Positions 25,024 through 34,552 of a DNA stretch of 64,000 nucleotides are shown here, one piece after another. A program made the position numbers and the translations under genes. Position 1 is the stretch's first letter; each line of letters opens with the position of its first letter. Source of the stretch: a virus; the IMG/VR virus record IMGVR_UViG_3300031707_000003, positions 1 through 64,000 of that record; one strand, 5' to 3'. The notes below the pieces were generated by a model, which saw only the letters and a list, made by a program, of their open reading frames with translations, ran no database searches and was not told where the DNA came from.

Positions 25024-25743
25024 ATGCCGTCCAACGTCTCGACCGCCAACTACATTTACCGTATGGGGACGGCCCCGAACACAAGGGCCGCCGTCAGCCA
25101 GAAGAACAAAATCTACGGCTATGCGACGAACGCCCAGGGGTTCCAGCAGATCGGCGTGATCTCGGAATTCGGGTTCGACGAGAGCCGTACCATCGACCCG
25201 GTCCGTGGTGTCGGCTTCGGCGATCAGATCGCCGAGCTGGTTCCGTCTGTGACCGAGCCGATGACGCTCACGCTCAACAAGACGCTCCTCTACACGGCGA
25301 ATCTGTTTCAGGTTCTCGGGTACAAGGGCGGCATCGACGGGCTCGCGCGAAGCCTCCGGCACCACCGCTGGCCGTTCGACATCAAGCAGGAACTCGTCTT
25401 CTCCGAGGTCGCGGTCCTCCAAGACCCCAACGGAACTGCGGTTCAAGCAAGGGTGACGACTGGGCCGACGGGTGCGGACAACCCGATCGTGACACCCAAG
25501 GCGCTCCTCACGTTCTTCGAGGGGTGCTGGCTCAACAGCTACTCGGCGTCGTTCACTGCCGATGCGGCCATGGTTGCTGAGAACGCGTCGGTCACCGTGA
25601 CCGACATCATCGACGGCATCAGCCAGTACGGTGAGTTCATCGACACGGGCCTCGCGCCCACGTCGGCCAACGGCGGTCCGGGCAAGGGCTTCTCCCTCCG
25701 CTTCGCGAACAGCAGCAACAACAACACGTTGGGCCTGGCCTAA
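25024..25743 (+). CDS. Tail tube protein
   Basis: IGVISEF..ESRTIDPVRGVGFGDQIAELVP..LTLNKTLLY..PFDI..FEGCWLNSYSASF..MVAENASVTVTD; between sheath and tape measure. Confidence 0.8.
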   Translation: MPSNVSTANYIYRMGTAPNTRAAVSQKNKIYGYATNAQGFQQIGVISEFGFDESRTIDPVRGVGFGDQIAELVPSVTEPMTLTLNKTLLYTANLFQVLGYKGGIDGLARSLRHHRWPFDIKQELVFSEVAVLQDPNGTAVQARVTTGPTGADNPIVTPKALLTFFEGCWLNSYSASFTADAAMVAENASVTVTDIIDGISQYGEFIDTGLAPTSANGGPGKGFSLRFANSSNNNTLGLA

Positions 25744-25920
25744 CGCCATCTGATACGCGAACACCCCCACGGGTGGCGACGACTATCCAAATGTGAATGG
25801 CATCATATCGGACCATGATGGAGATTTCCGACAGCTCCGGGTTGCAAATCCGAACCCAAATGTAGATCGCCACTTCTCACATTCGATTCGTCGTCATCCT
25901 CGGGGTCAAATGAAACGAGG

Positions 25921-27063
25921 ATGCAAATGGGAACGATCTCAGCGAAGAAGATCACTGATGCGCTCGCGAAGGCGAAAAACGTAGGGATCGTCGAGGAAGA
26001 GTTTACACTCGACGACTGTTCACTCACACTCCGCAACCTTCGTCCTGACGAGTACACAGCCGTACTCCAGGAGTGCAAGGAGCTGGAGGAGCTGGACTAC
26101 CTCTACGGCTATGAGAAGGGCCACGTGTCACGAGCGGTCGTTGAGATCAACGGCTTGAGCTTTCGTGACGTCGAATTCATCGAGGTCGAAGAAGAGGACG
26201 CTCAAAAGCCCGGCAAGACCAAGACGGTCAAGCTGGAGCTGCACGCCTACATCCGTAGGACGCTCCTCGACTCGTGGTCCAAAGAGGCGATCTTCACTGC
26301 GTACCGCAAGTTCGGTGACGTGGTGAAGAAGGCTGAGGACAAGGCGAAAGCTGGCATCACGTTCATCATCCCCGAGGAGTCTGCCGAGGACAAATTCCGT
26401 CGGGTGCTCGGGGAGCTGAAGGATATCGAGGACGAGATCCCATCGGTCCTCATTGACAAGGTCCTCGACGATTACGGCTTCATGAGGAAGTCGACGGCTG
26501 CTGAGATCAAGTCAGCCATGGAGAAGGCCGACAAGCTCGCTCGTGAGGCTGAGGCGGCAGCGGAGACGGAACAACCTCCGCCGGACGAGGAGGACTCTGG
26601 GACGCCCCCACCGGCCGCTACAGCCCCCGCTGCCCCTCCTCCGCCTCAGGCACCACCCCCCGCTGCCCCGCCCGTTGCAGCGGCACCTACGAGCGAGGAC
26701 CTCATGGCTCGTCGACAGCCGCTCAATCGTGCGGCTATGCCGGTGGACCCTCACAACATTCAAGCGCGGTTGGCCCAAGCGCAGGCCCACCAGCCGCCTG
26801 CAACGACTCCTGGCGTGCTCACCAAGGCGGCTGAGTACGCCGCTCTGGAGACGGACGCCGGCCTTGCGGTTCACCCTGAGCTGACGAACCTCCCCGGCCC
26901 TGGGGAGGCGCCAATCCCCGTGTCGCCACCCCAACGGGAGGAAGTGGCCGAGTTGAGGGCGAGAGGCCAAGAGGCAGTCGACGCGAAGGCGTTTCATCAG
27001 ATCGTCGAGAAGGGCCCGTCGGCAGGAATTAACCCACGTTACCGCCCACCTTCGAGGGCATAA
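25921..27063 (+). CDS. Tail assembly chaperone-like protein
   Basis: Follows tube; LTLRNLRPDE..VSRAVVEING motif; acidic, with disordered Pro/Ala C-terminus; start 25921 or 25927. Confidence 0.6.
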   Translation: MQMGTISAKKITDALAKAKNVGIVEEEFTLDDCSLTLRNLRPDEYTAVLQECKELEELDYLYGYEKGHVSRAVVEINGLSFRDVEFIEVEEEDAQKPGKTKTVKLELHAYIRRTLLDSWSKEAIFTAYRKFGDVVKKAEDKAKAGITFIIPEESAEDKFRRVLGELKDIEDEIPSVLIDKVLDDYGFMRKSTAAEIKSAMEKADKLAREAEAAAETEQPPPDEEDSGTPPPAATAPAAPPPPQAPPPAAPPVAAAPTSEDLMARRQPLNRAAMPVDPHNIQARLAQAQAHQPPATTPGVLTKAAEYAALETDAGLAVHPELTNLPGPGEAPIPVSPPQREEVAELRARGQEAVDAKAFHQIVEKGPSAGINPRYRPPSRA

Positions 27064-27066
27064 CGC

Positions 27067-28344
27067 ATGGTGGCAGCCGCCGAATCGTACGCCGTTGAGC
27101 AAGAGAAGCTCTCCAAGCAATTGGAGGGTAATTCGGAAATCCACATCCAGGCCCCGAAGGAGCCTGAGGTCAACCCGGCTCTTTACCGGGATGTGGAGTC
27201 GATGCTCTTTAAGGGATTCCTTGCGCTCGCGGCGGAGATCAACGGCGTCACTTTCGTCTTCAAGAGCCTGAACCACCACGAATACGAGCTTCTCAACTTC
27301 GCGGGTAGTAGTCGAGGTTCCGCGTCCCAAAAGTTCTGGGACACGTTCCTCGCCTATGGGGTCTTCATGGTTGACGGGGTGAACATCCTTCCCGAGAGGG
27401 AGAAGTTCATCCCGAAGATCGCCGAGACGTTCGCGGAATTCCCGCTGGATGCGAGACTACGGGTCATCCGCCATCTCAGTGAGGTCAACCGGCGAGCCAA
27501 CAACGCGGTGACCCTCACCGAGTGCTACATGATGGAGTCCTACTCCCGGTTCCGGTGGGCCCAACTCCGGGGCCTCGACCTGACGTCGGCAGCCGCGACG
27601 GGGTTGTACGGGACTGAACGCCTCGGGATGAATTGGTCGCAGTATGTGTGGCGGGCGCTCAACTACTACGAGGATCGAAACGAGGACGCTGAGCGTGAGT
27701 GGGAGAACGCCAAGTTCATCGGGTCCTGTATGGTCGGCAAAGGGATCTCGAAGGTCTATCAACAAGACACCGAGCGCCGACGGAAGGAACGAGACGAACG
27801 GCTCGCCAGGAAAGATCGTCTTCTACGGCAGGTCTACATGGGCGAGTCCGCTGACGACAAGGCACAGCAGCTTCAAGGCGCTGTCGTGGTGGCGGCACGT
27901 TCGGTCGATGAGTTGGCGGAGCAGTTGGGGGCGGACTTGCGCGGAGAGAAGGACTGGCACGACCAGGTTGTCGAGGCTCAAGAACAGCGTATACGCACCA
28001 ACTTGCAAGGTCGGCGTGATCACTTGGAGCAGCTCGCTCAATCTCACGAGCAAGAGTTCGGCCGGAAGACGATCACGGGCGGCACCAACATCGCCGGGCT
28101 TTCAGCCATAGAAGTTCAAGAGCGAATTCTCCGCGCGAAGCAATTGGAGTTCCAGGCGGCAGCTCGCGGCATGGTTCATCCCGAACTGACGGATCCCAAG
28201 ATGGGTGCCTTTATCGATAAGTGGGGTATGACCGATGCCGAGGTCAACTCCACTGTCTCCGAGACCAACAAGGATGTCTCCAACGTCATCCCTATCCCCA
28301 TCCCTCCCAACGGCCCTCGTGGCACCCCATTCGGGAGGAAGTGA
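27067..28344 (+). CDS. Second tail assembly chaperone-like protein
   Basis: FVFKSLNHHE..LAYGVFMVDGVN resembles the N-terminal motif of 25921; directly upstream of tape measure. Confidence 0.55.
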   Translation: MVAAAESYAVEQEKLSKQLEGNSEIHIQAPKEPEVNPALYRDVESMLFKGFLALAAEINGVTFVFKSLNHHEYELLNFAGSSRGSASQKFWDTFLAYGVFMVDGVNILPEREKFIPKIAETFAEFPLDARLRVIRHLSEVNRRANNAVTLTECYMMESYSRFRWAQLRGLDLTSAAATGLYGTERLGMNWSQYVWRALNYYEDRNEDAEREWENAKFIGSCMVGKGISKVYQQDTERRRKERDERLARKDRLLRQVYMGESADDKAQQLQGAVVVAARSVDELAEQLGADLRGEKDWHDQVVEAQEQRIRTNLQGRRDHLEQLAQSHEQEFGRKTITGGTNIAGLSAIEVQERILRAKQLEFQAAARGMVHPELTDPKMGAFIDKWGMTDAEVNSTVSETNKDVSNVIPIPIPPNGPRGTPFGRK

Positions 28345-28351
28345 GTGAGTC

Positions 28352-31300
28352 ATGCCTGGTGACAACGCGACTCCCGTAGTCCTGGATATGCACATTGCGC
28401 TCGACAACGTGCAAGCTCTAGCGGCTTCCAAAAAGTTCTCCTCACGTATCTCGAAGGATATGGGGATCATTCGGAAGACGTCAGGCCAACTGGACAAGCA
28501 GCTCCAGAATATGCACAAGAAGCTCGTCCCAGCAACGAAGCGTTGGGAAATGGCTACGGTACGTGTGAAGAAAGCTGAAGAGAAGCTTTCAAAAACGCAC
28601 ACGGGCATGGCTAGTCACATGCTCAAGCTACAAGCCCAATTGCGTGACGCCACCGACGAGGAGACGGCGGCTATTCAGAAGCAGATCGGCGTCTTCGAGA
28701 AGAAGATCGGGGTCATCGTCCGTGCCCAGAAGGCAGGACTGGAGGCCGCTAAAGCCACGGAGAAGAAGGAAGCAAACGCGAAGGAAGGTGACGAGGCCTA
28801 CGAAAAGTTCACCGGCTATACCAAGAGCAAAGCCGGCGAGGATATGTTCGACGGATTCAAGGACGGTATCGAAGGCCTTCGCGCGAAGGACTTCGGGGGG
28901 ATGATCAAGGGCCTCGCGGGTGGTATTGGTGCAGGGCTCAAAGGAGCGGGCGCTGGGATCACTCGGGGGGTAGAGAAGGGTGCTGCGGGTGGTGGCCCCA
29001 TGGCAGGTATCTTCAAGACCATCGCTCCGATGATGAAGTCTATCGGACCCATACTCAACACGCTCGGCAAGATGGGTCCTCTGTTGGGTGCTGTCGCTTC
29101 GTCGGTTGTGAGTGTCGTTAAGATGTTCATCGACGCGGAAGCTGCTGCGAAGGACATGAACAAGGAGATTTTGGCGAGTGCGGGTAGTGGCGAGTTCTTG
29201 GGGCGCAATATGGGGAATGCCAAAGCAGCCGCGCAGGATCTTGGGAACACCCTCGGCCAAATTCGTGACGCCGCTACAAGCCTCGACAACTTGAAGTGGG
29301 GCATGACAAAAGAGACCCACACTGCGGTTATCGGTGCTCTGACGGCCGAAGGCGTGTCCTTGGGTAAGATCGAGCAGGAGTTCAAAGCGGTTGCGGGGGC
29401 CGCAAAAGAGGCCTCCGGGTACGCCAAGGATTGGGGGTCGATGGTTCAGATGTCCGTCGCCTACGGACGGTCGTTCGGCGTCAGCTTGAATGAAATCACA
29501 AGTCTCCAGGGCGAGATGATGAGCGAAATTGGGATGGGTTTGAACAGTGTTCAAGCCTCGTTCCAGTACATGGCTCAGGGGGCTGAGCAGTCGGGCATCG
29601 CGAGCAACAAGTTCTTTGGGATCATTCGCGGCATCTCCTCTGACATGTCCTTGTTCAACAACCGGATGCAGGATTCGGTCAAGTTGCTCACGCAAGTCGG
29701 CAAGGTGATGAGCCCTAGGAACGCTCAGAAATTTATGCAGACCATCATGGGCTTCACCAAGGGGATGGGGCTCATGGACCGTACTAAGTCCGTTCTTCTC
29801 GGGGGTGGTGCGAAGAAGGTGGGCGGGAAACTTCAGGAGGATCTCAATCGCAAGGTTGGAGGCCTGGCAGGGGACTTGGGCGGGGTCATGGGGGACGAGC
29901 TGAAGGATATTTTTAAGAACCCCAAGTTGAACCCAGGGTTGCGCCAGAAGAAACTCACGGAGTTCATGGCCAAGCACCAGGACAAGCTGTCCGGAGCCCA
30001 GAACGAAGCAATCCTCGATGCAGCGCGACAACAGGGCAAGTTGTCGAAGGGTGGTCTCGTTGACGTGGCATCCGCGCTCAAGGACGCGAGCCCGTTCGCC
30101 GTAATGGATCACCTGGACGATATCGGCCAGACCTTGTTCCGCAAGCCCATCGACCAACTGACAGACGTTGAGCGTCTCGCGGCGGAGCAGGCGGCAGGTA
30201 TCAGCGAAGAGCTGCAAGACCAGATGGCCAAGCAGAAGCAGGGTGTCTTGCAGATGTCGCAAAACCTGGCGCAGAAGTTGGACTCCGGAGCCGCTTTGAC
30301 CCAAGAGGAACAGAAGCTACTCGAACGGCTCAACCTCACGGGAACGGATCAGGAAAAGGCGGCGTACATTCGCGGTAAAGACGACAAAGAGGCTGCCCTG
30401 AGGGCGAGGGACGTCTGGGATGCGATGTCGGCTGACCAGAAGAAGGACCTAGAGAACTCTACCAAAACGATCGACTACCAAAAAGATATCGCAGGGTATC
30501 AATCCAGCGCTCTCGACAAGCTTGGGGTCATCATGGATTGGCTCCTGAACCAGATGTACAACGCCTTCATGGGTATCTGGGAGATCGTTGAGGACATTTG
30601 GGATACTCTGACAGTGGGGAACAGCGACGCTCGTGACACTGCAAAGGGGCAGATGCAGGTCGCGAAAACGGGTAACAAGGAGCTGATGGAGGCGGCCTCG
30701 AAGGGTAAGACGGGGGATCAGGTCAAGAAGGCCCTCATGGAGACCAGCCCCGCCAAAGAAATTGCTCGTGTGATGGGGGAGGAAGGTAAGAAAGAGCGGG
30801 AGGACCTGAAGAAAGCGAAGGCGGAGCTGGAGACCAAGAAGGCAGCCGCCAAGACCCCTGAAGCTGCTGCGTCATTCGACAAGCAGATTGAAGCCGCTCA
30901 GCGGGATATCGACGCCGCCGAGGCTAGGTTCAAGTCTGCTCATGACGCACAGTCCAAGATAATTGGCGCTGCGGGGAGTACAACAACTACATCCGAAGCC
31001 TTGGCGGACTTCGCGAAGAAGTACGACACAAAGGGGGCCGCTGATAAGAAGGCGGCGGAGGCCAAAAAGGCGGCAGAGGATGCCAAGAACGCGCCTCCTC
31101 CCGGTTTTATTGGCCCCCCCGATCCAAACAAGGGTCCCAAAGGATTCATCGGACCCCCCTCCCCAGTAGCCGGATCCGGGGCAAAGCCCGCCTCTGCTCA
31201 GGCACATGCAGCTCAGAAAGCAGCCGCCCCAGGTACCGCAGCAGCGGCAGCCCCCAAGGCTGGCGGGGCAGCACCCGTGGCAGCCGCGCCTGCCGCCGCC

Positions 31301-31864
31301 CCTCCTCCGAATCTAGCGATGGCTGGAGCCACCGCCGTCAAGAATTCGTCGGCTGCTGTGGGACTCAACGAGGAGCAACTCGCAGCCGCTACAGAGTCGG
31401 GTAATACGCTTGGAGACATCTACAAGGCCCTCCGTGTCAAGGGCGTCCGTATGGACTGGAAGTACGGGAAGGATGACGCTGTGTCGATCATCGAGAAGGG
31501 GGTTCTCGAAGGGAGCCGCCAGTCCCTCCTGGAGTACTTCGTCTACTCTGCGGATAAAGAGGGCACGATGAAAGCTCTCAAAGAGGGTAAGGGGGCGAAA
31601 GACATCGGGGCAGATGCCCTTAAGGCCGCAGGTCCCAAACAGCCAGGAAACGCAGCGGGAGGCGTTCCTATGCGCCCGGCTACCGGAGAGGTGTTCGCTT
31701 CGATCAAGCCCCTTTCGGAAGCCATCATCCCCCTCGACAAGCTCGGAGGTGGCGGGGGTGGGGCTGTCATTGAGCTTCGTACGACCGGGGACCTCACACG
31801 GTTCATCGACGCTCGGGTCATCGACGGGAACGTCAAGTTCAACAAGAACGCGAAGACGCGGTGA
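28352..31864 (+). CDS. Tape measure protein
   Basis: 1170 aa, helical Ala/Lys/Gly/Met rich, hydrophobic Gly-rich stretch, canonical position. Confidence 0.8.
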   Translation: MPGDNATPVVLDMHIALDNVQALAASKKFSSRISKDMGIIRKTSGQLDKQLQNMHKKLVPATKRWEMATVRVKKAEEKLSKTHTGMASHMLKLQAQLRDATDEETAAIQKQIGVFEKKIGVIVRAQKAGLEAAKATEKKEANAKEGDEAYEKFTGYTKSKAGEDMFDGFKDGIEGLRAKDFGGMIKGLAGGIGAGLKGAGAGITRGVEKGAAGGGPMAGIFKTIAPMMKSIGPILNTLGKMGPLLGAVASSVVSVVKMFIDAEAAAKDMNKEILASAGSGEFLGRNMGNAKAAAQDLGNTLGQIRDAATSLDNLKWGMTKETHTAVIGALTAEGVSLGKIEQEFKAVAGAAKEASGYAKDWGSMVQMSVAYGRSFGVSLNEITSLQGEMMSEIGMGLNSVQASFQYMAQGAEQSGIASNKFFGIIRGISSDMSLFNNRMQDSVKLLTQVGKVMSPRNAQKFMQTIMGFTKGMGLMDRTKSVLLGGGAKKVGGKLQEDLNRKVGGLAGDLGGVMGDELKDIFKNPKLNPGLRQKKLTEFMAKHQDKLSGAQNEAILDAARQQGKLSKGGLVDVASALKDASPFAVMDHLDDIGQTLFRKPIDQLTDVERLAAEQAAGISEELQDQMAKQKQGVLQMSQNLAQKLDSGAALTQEEQKLLERLNLTGTDQEKAAYIRGKDDKEAALRARDVWDAMSADQKKDLENSTKTIDYQKDIAGYQSSALDKLGVIMDWLLNQMYNAFMGIWEIVEDIWDTLTVGNSDARDTAKGQMQVAKTGNKELMEAASKGKTGDQVKKALMETSPAKEIARVMGEEGKKEREDLKKAKAELETKKAAAKTPEAAASFDKQIEAAQRDIDAAEARFKSAHDAQSKIIGAAGSTTTTSEALADFAKKYDTKGAADKKAAEAKKAAEDAKNAPPPGFIGPPDPNKGPKGFIGPPSPVAGSGAKPASAQAHAAQKAAAPGTAAAAAPKAGGAAPVAAAPAAAPPPNLAMAGATAVKNSSAAVGLNEEQLAAATESGNTLGDIYKALRVKGVRMDWKYGKDDAVSIIEKGVLEGSRQSLLEYFVYSADKEGTMKALKEGKGAKDIGADALKAAGPKQPGNAAGGVPMRPATGEVFASIKPLSEAIIPLDKLGGGGGGAVIELRTTGDLTRFIDARVIDGNVKFNKNAKTR

Positions 31865-31867
31865 CCG

Positions 31868-32632
31868 GTGGCGAGGATCAACTCTGCCAACCCTGACTTC
31901 GCCGCGTTGGACGTACCGTCCAACAAGCCGAACTACACCCATGGGTTGGAGAAGAGGCGATCCTTCATCCCGGTGGCGTTCCAGATCACGAGCCCCTTCG
32001 ACAACAAGAGGGTCCTCCTCCCTCACGCTCTCGTCATGCACATCAACCCTCAAACGTGGTCAGAGACCCATAACAAAAAGGTCGAACGCATCCAGACACG
32101 TGGGGGTTGGGTCGAGCAGCACTGGGGGGACGATCTCACCGAGATCAGTGCGGACGGCTCTACGGGCGCGTTCATGAACATCTACACGGGCCTGACGAGC
32201 GTTCTCAGGCACCGGACGATCGCATGGGACAGGTACCGCGATCTCCACGACCTCTACCGAAACAACGGGTCTCTCTACGACCCCTTCGGCAACATTGTCC
32301 TCCAAGGGAACGTGATGCTCATGTACGACCGAGGGACGTACATCGGGTACTTCAACAAGTTCGACGTCGAGGAGACGGATGATCAACCCTTCGCCTTCAA
32401 GATGTCGTGGACCTTCAAGGTTCAAGAGGAGCTGATGAAGATCCCTGGGCTGGTGCAGGCTCCCTCTCAGCGAGGCCTCGTGGGTAACGCCCCCGCCTTC
32501 CAGCGCCAAAACGCGACCATCCCGAGGAGCACGCCGAACACAAATCTCGCGCAGACCAACGAGTTCAATGCTGCGGCAGCGCAGGCTCTTTCTGATTCGG
32601 CAAAGGCGCAAGCAGCGAAGGTGGCGGAGTAG
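31868..32632 (+). CDS. Tube initiator / distal tail protein
   Basis: MHINPQTW..TRGGWVEQHWGDDLTEISADG..YIGYFNKFDVEE..PFAFKMSWTFKV tube-like fold pattern after tape measure. Confidence 0.6.
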   Translation: MARINSANPDFAALDVPSNKPNYTHGLEKRRSFIPVAFQITSPFDNKRVLLPHALVMHINPQTWSETHNKKVERIQTRGGWVEQHWGDDLTEISADGSTGAFMNIYTGLTSVLRHRTIAWDRYRDLHDLYRNNGSLYDPFGNIVLQGNVMLMYDRGTYIGYFNKFDVEETDDQPFAFKMSWTFKVQEELMKIPGLVQAPSQRGLVGNAPAFQRQNATIPRSTPNTNLAQTNEFNAAAAQALSDSAKAQAAKVAE

Positions 32633-32635
32633 GTC

Positions 32636-34552
32636 ATGGCAAATTCACCGAACGCTACCAACCAGCCGGCGGCTACCAACCAGCCGATCAACGAGCAGAT
32701 CGAAGCAGCGGCGGACTATTACGAGCCAGCGCTCTACGAGCTGCTCACGTTCTACTCCGCGCTACAGCTCCAGAACGATGAAGCGAGCGGGCAGTTCATC
32801 CCGCTCACCTCGGTCAAAGATAGGAGGCCAAGTGAGGTCAAGATTTTCGCAGTGGGGCTCATCCCCCCGTCGGCGAACATCTCCGGCCGCCTTCTTGATC
32901 GTTCGGCCACAGTCGCCACTTTGGAGGGCCCACCTAAGCAGCAGGGGGCGATCGACACCTCCGTGGATCAATCGGGTGTTAAGGGGACGGGCTCGGTTCC
33001 GATGGGACCTAAATCGTCTTCTGATCCGAACTTCTGGCCCCAGTTCGTGGCGATGAGCAATCGTCTTGGGTGTGAGGCTGACGCTCTCGCACAGGTGATC
33101 CAATCTGAAAGCGGGTTTCACCCAGATGCTATCGCATGGCGTGACAAGGATGGTAAGCAATGTGCGAGAGGTCTCCCTCCGTACAACCCCCAAGGAGATT
33201 CTTGTCAGCCCGTCGCTAAAGGGCTGAACCAACTCACCTTCGCGACAGCCGTAGGGGTGAAACAAAAAGACGGCACCTTCAAGCAGGGTTTGGGGATGTC
33301 CCCTGAAGAATGGGCCACTTACGAACAGCAATCAGATGTGCAGCAGTTGAAGTGGGTGGAGAAGTACATGCAGGGTGTTGGGGTGCGGGGTAAAACCGCT
33401 GCCCAAATTTACTGCTCGAATTTCGGGTCGTACAACAACCCCAACGGTTCGATGTATGATGGCAGCATCCCGAAGCAAGCGGCGGCGTACAAGGCCAACA
33501 TCGGTCTCGATAAAGGAAAAAAAGGCTACATCACGCCAGACGACCTAGCGTCGAGCATGCGACCCTTGGCCCCCGGCCGTCTGGCCGCTATCAATGCAGC
33601 ACGTTCAGGATTGGGTATGTCCGCGAAGGCCGTCCCTAAAATAGCGGGGGACGCACAAGCGGCGAATGCGTGGCAGGGGAATGGGTCCAATAACGCTGGC
33701 GAGGCGGCCAAGAACCTTGCTCAGACGTCGGGCAAGAACCTCAACCTGACCGGTCTCGGGAAGCAGTTCTTGGGTGCTCAGCTCGCGACGATCAAAGAGC
33801 TGCAAAGGCGGATCGACGATATCAAGAACACGCCTCCGCTCCGACTGCTCGTCAACCCGACGTCGTTCAAGAACGGGTTGGAGAAGATCCTCAACGATGG
33901 AAATTGGGGCCGTAACGGACCCATCGTTGAGCATTGGGGTGAACAGCAAGACAAGCTCGAAGCCTCAGGGAAGGTCGCAGCCTTCTACTCGCTCGATGCG
34001 GTCGGCGGCCCGAATCAAGAGGGCGATGCGGGAAACGGTCCCGGTCTCGGGCGAACAGCTCGGCAGTTCTCCGCGAGCTATCAGAACCTCTTGTCGCTTT
34101 GGTTGATCTACAAGAACAACGGAGGGATCTGGCTCTCCGACCTCACGGAAGCCGTTAGCACCAAGCCGAAGAGTCTTTACCTCTTGGGGTCTGTCTACAT
34201 CTATTACGATGACATCCTTTACATCGGCTCGTTCGACAGCTTCAACCTCAACGAAGAAGAGGGCGTCCCCTTCTCTTTGACGTACGACTTCTCCTTCACG
34301 GTTCGGGCTTCGTTCCTCCTCGATCGCACGTCTGTTTCCCCGTTGGAGGCATCGCAAGGTACCCCGTACGGGGCATCGCAGTTCTTCCAGGGCCAGTTCC
34401 GGCCTCCGACGACGGGAAGTCCGACATCCCCCTTGTCTTCGACTCCGACCAACAACCCGCAGCCATCTCCGAACGTTGCTCTGCCTCCAGGTATTGCTGC
34501 CGATATTGCTGCTCAACGTGGTAGTTCTACGGGCTCCCGAGGGGGCGCATAA
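32636..34552 (+). CDS. Tube initiator paralog fused to a lytic transglycosylase (SLT-like) domain
   Basis: LAQVIQSESGFHPDA (catalytic Glu motif), GLNQL, QQLKWVEKY; C-terminal LVNPTSF..VEHWGEQ..YIGSFDSFNLNEE..PFSLTYDFSFTV paralogous to 31868. Confidence 0.75.
   Translation: MANSPNATNQPAATNQPINEQIEAAADYYEPALYELLTFYSALQLQNDEASGQFIPLTSVKDRRPSEVKIFAVGLIPPSANISGRLLDRSATVATLEGPPKQQGAIDTSVDQSGVKGTGSVPMGPKSSSDPNFWPQFVAMSNRLGCEADALAQVIQSESGFHPDAIAWRDKDGKQCARGLPPYNPQGDSCQPVAKGLNQLTFATAVGVKQKDGTFKQGLGMSPEEWATYEQQSDVQQLKWVEKYMQGVGVRGKTAAQIYCSNFGSYNNPNGSMYDGSIPKQAAAYKANIGLDKGKKGYITPDDLASSMRPLAPGRLAAINAARSGLGMSAKAVPKIAGDAQAANAWQGNGSNNAGEAAKNLAQTSGKNLNLTGLGKQFLGAQLATIKELQRRIDDIKNTPPLRLLVNPTSFKNGLEKILNDGNWGRNGPIVEHWGEQQDKLEASGKVAAFYSLDAVGGPNQEGDAGNGPGLGRTARQFSASYQNLLSLWLIYKNNGGIWLSDLTEAVSTKPKSLYLLGSVYIYYDDILYIGSFDSFNLNEEEGVPFSLTYDFSFTVRASFLLDRTSVSPLEASQGTPYGASQFFQGQFRPPTTGSPTSPLSSTPTNNPQPSPNVALPPGIAADIAAQRGSSTGSRGGA

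Noticed and set aside
25793-25984. 63-aa ORF in the chaperone leader (and 77-aa ORF 18289-18522 in the sheath leader)
   Set aside because: No clear RBS, out-of-frame overlap with the downstream gene, atypical codon use; treated as leader sequence
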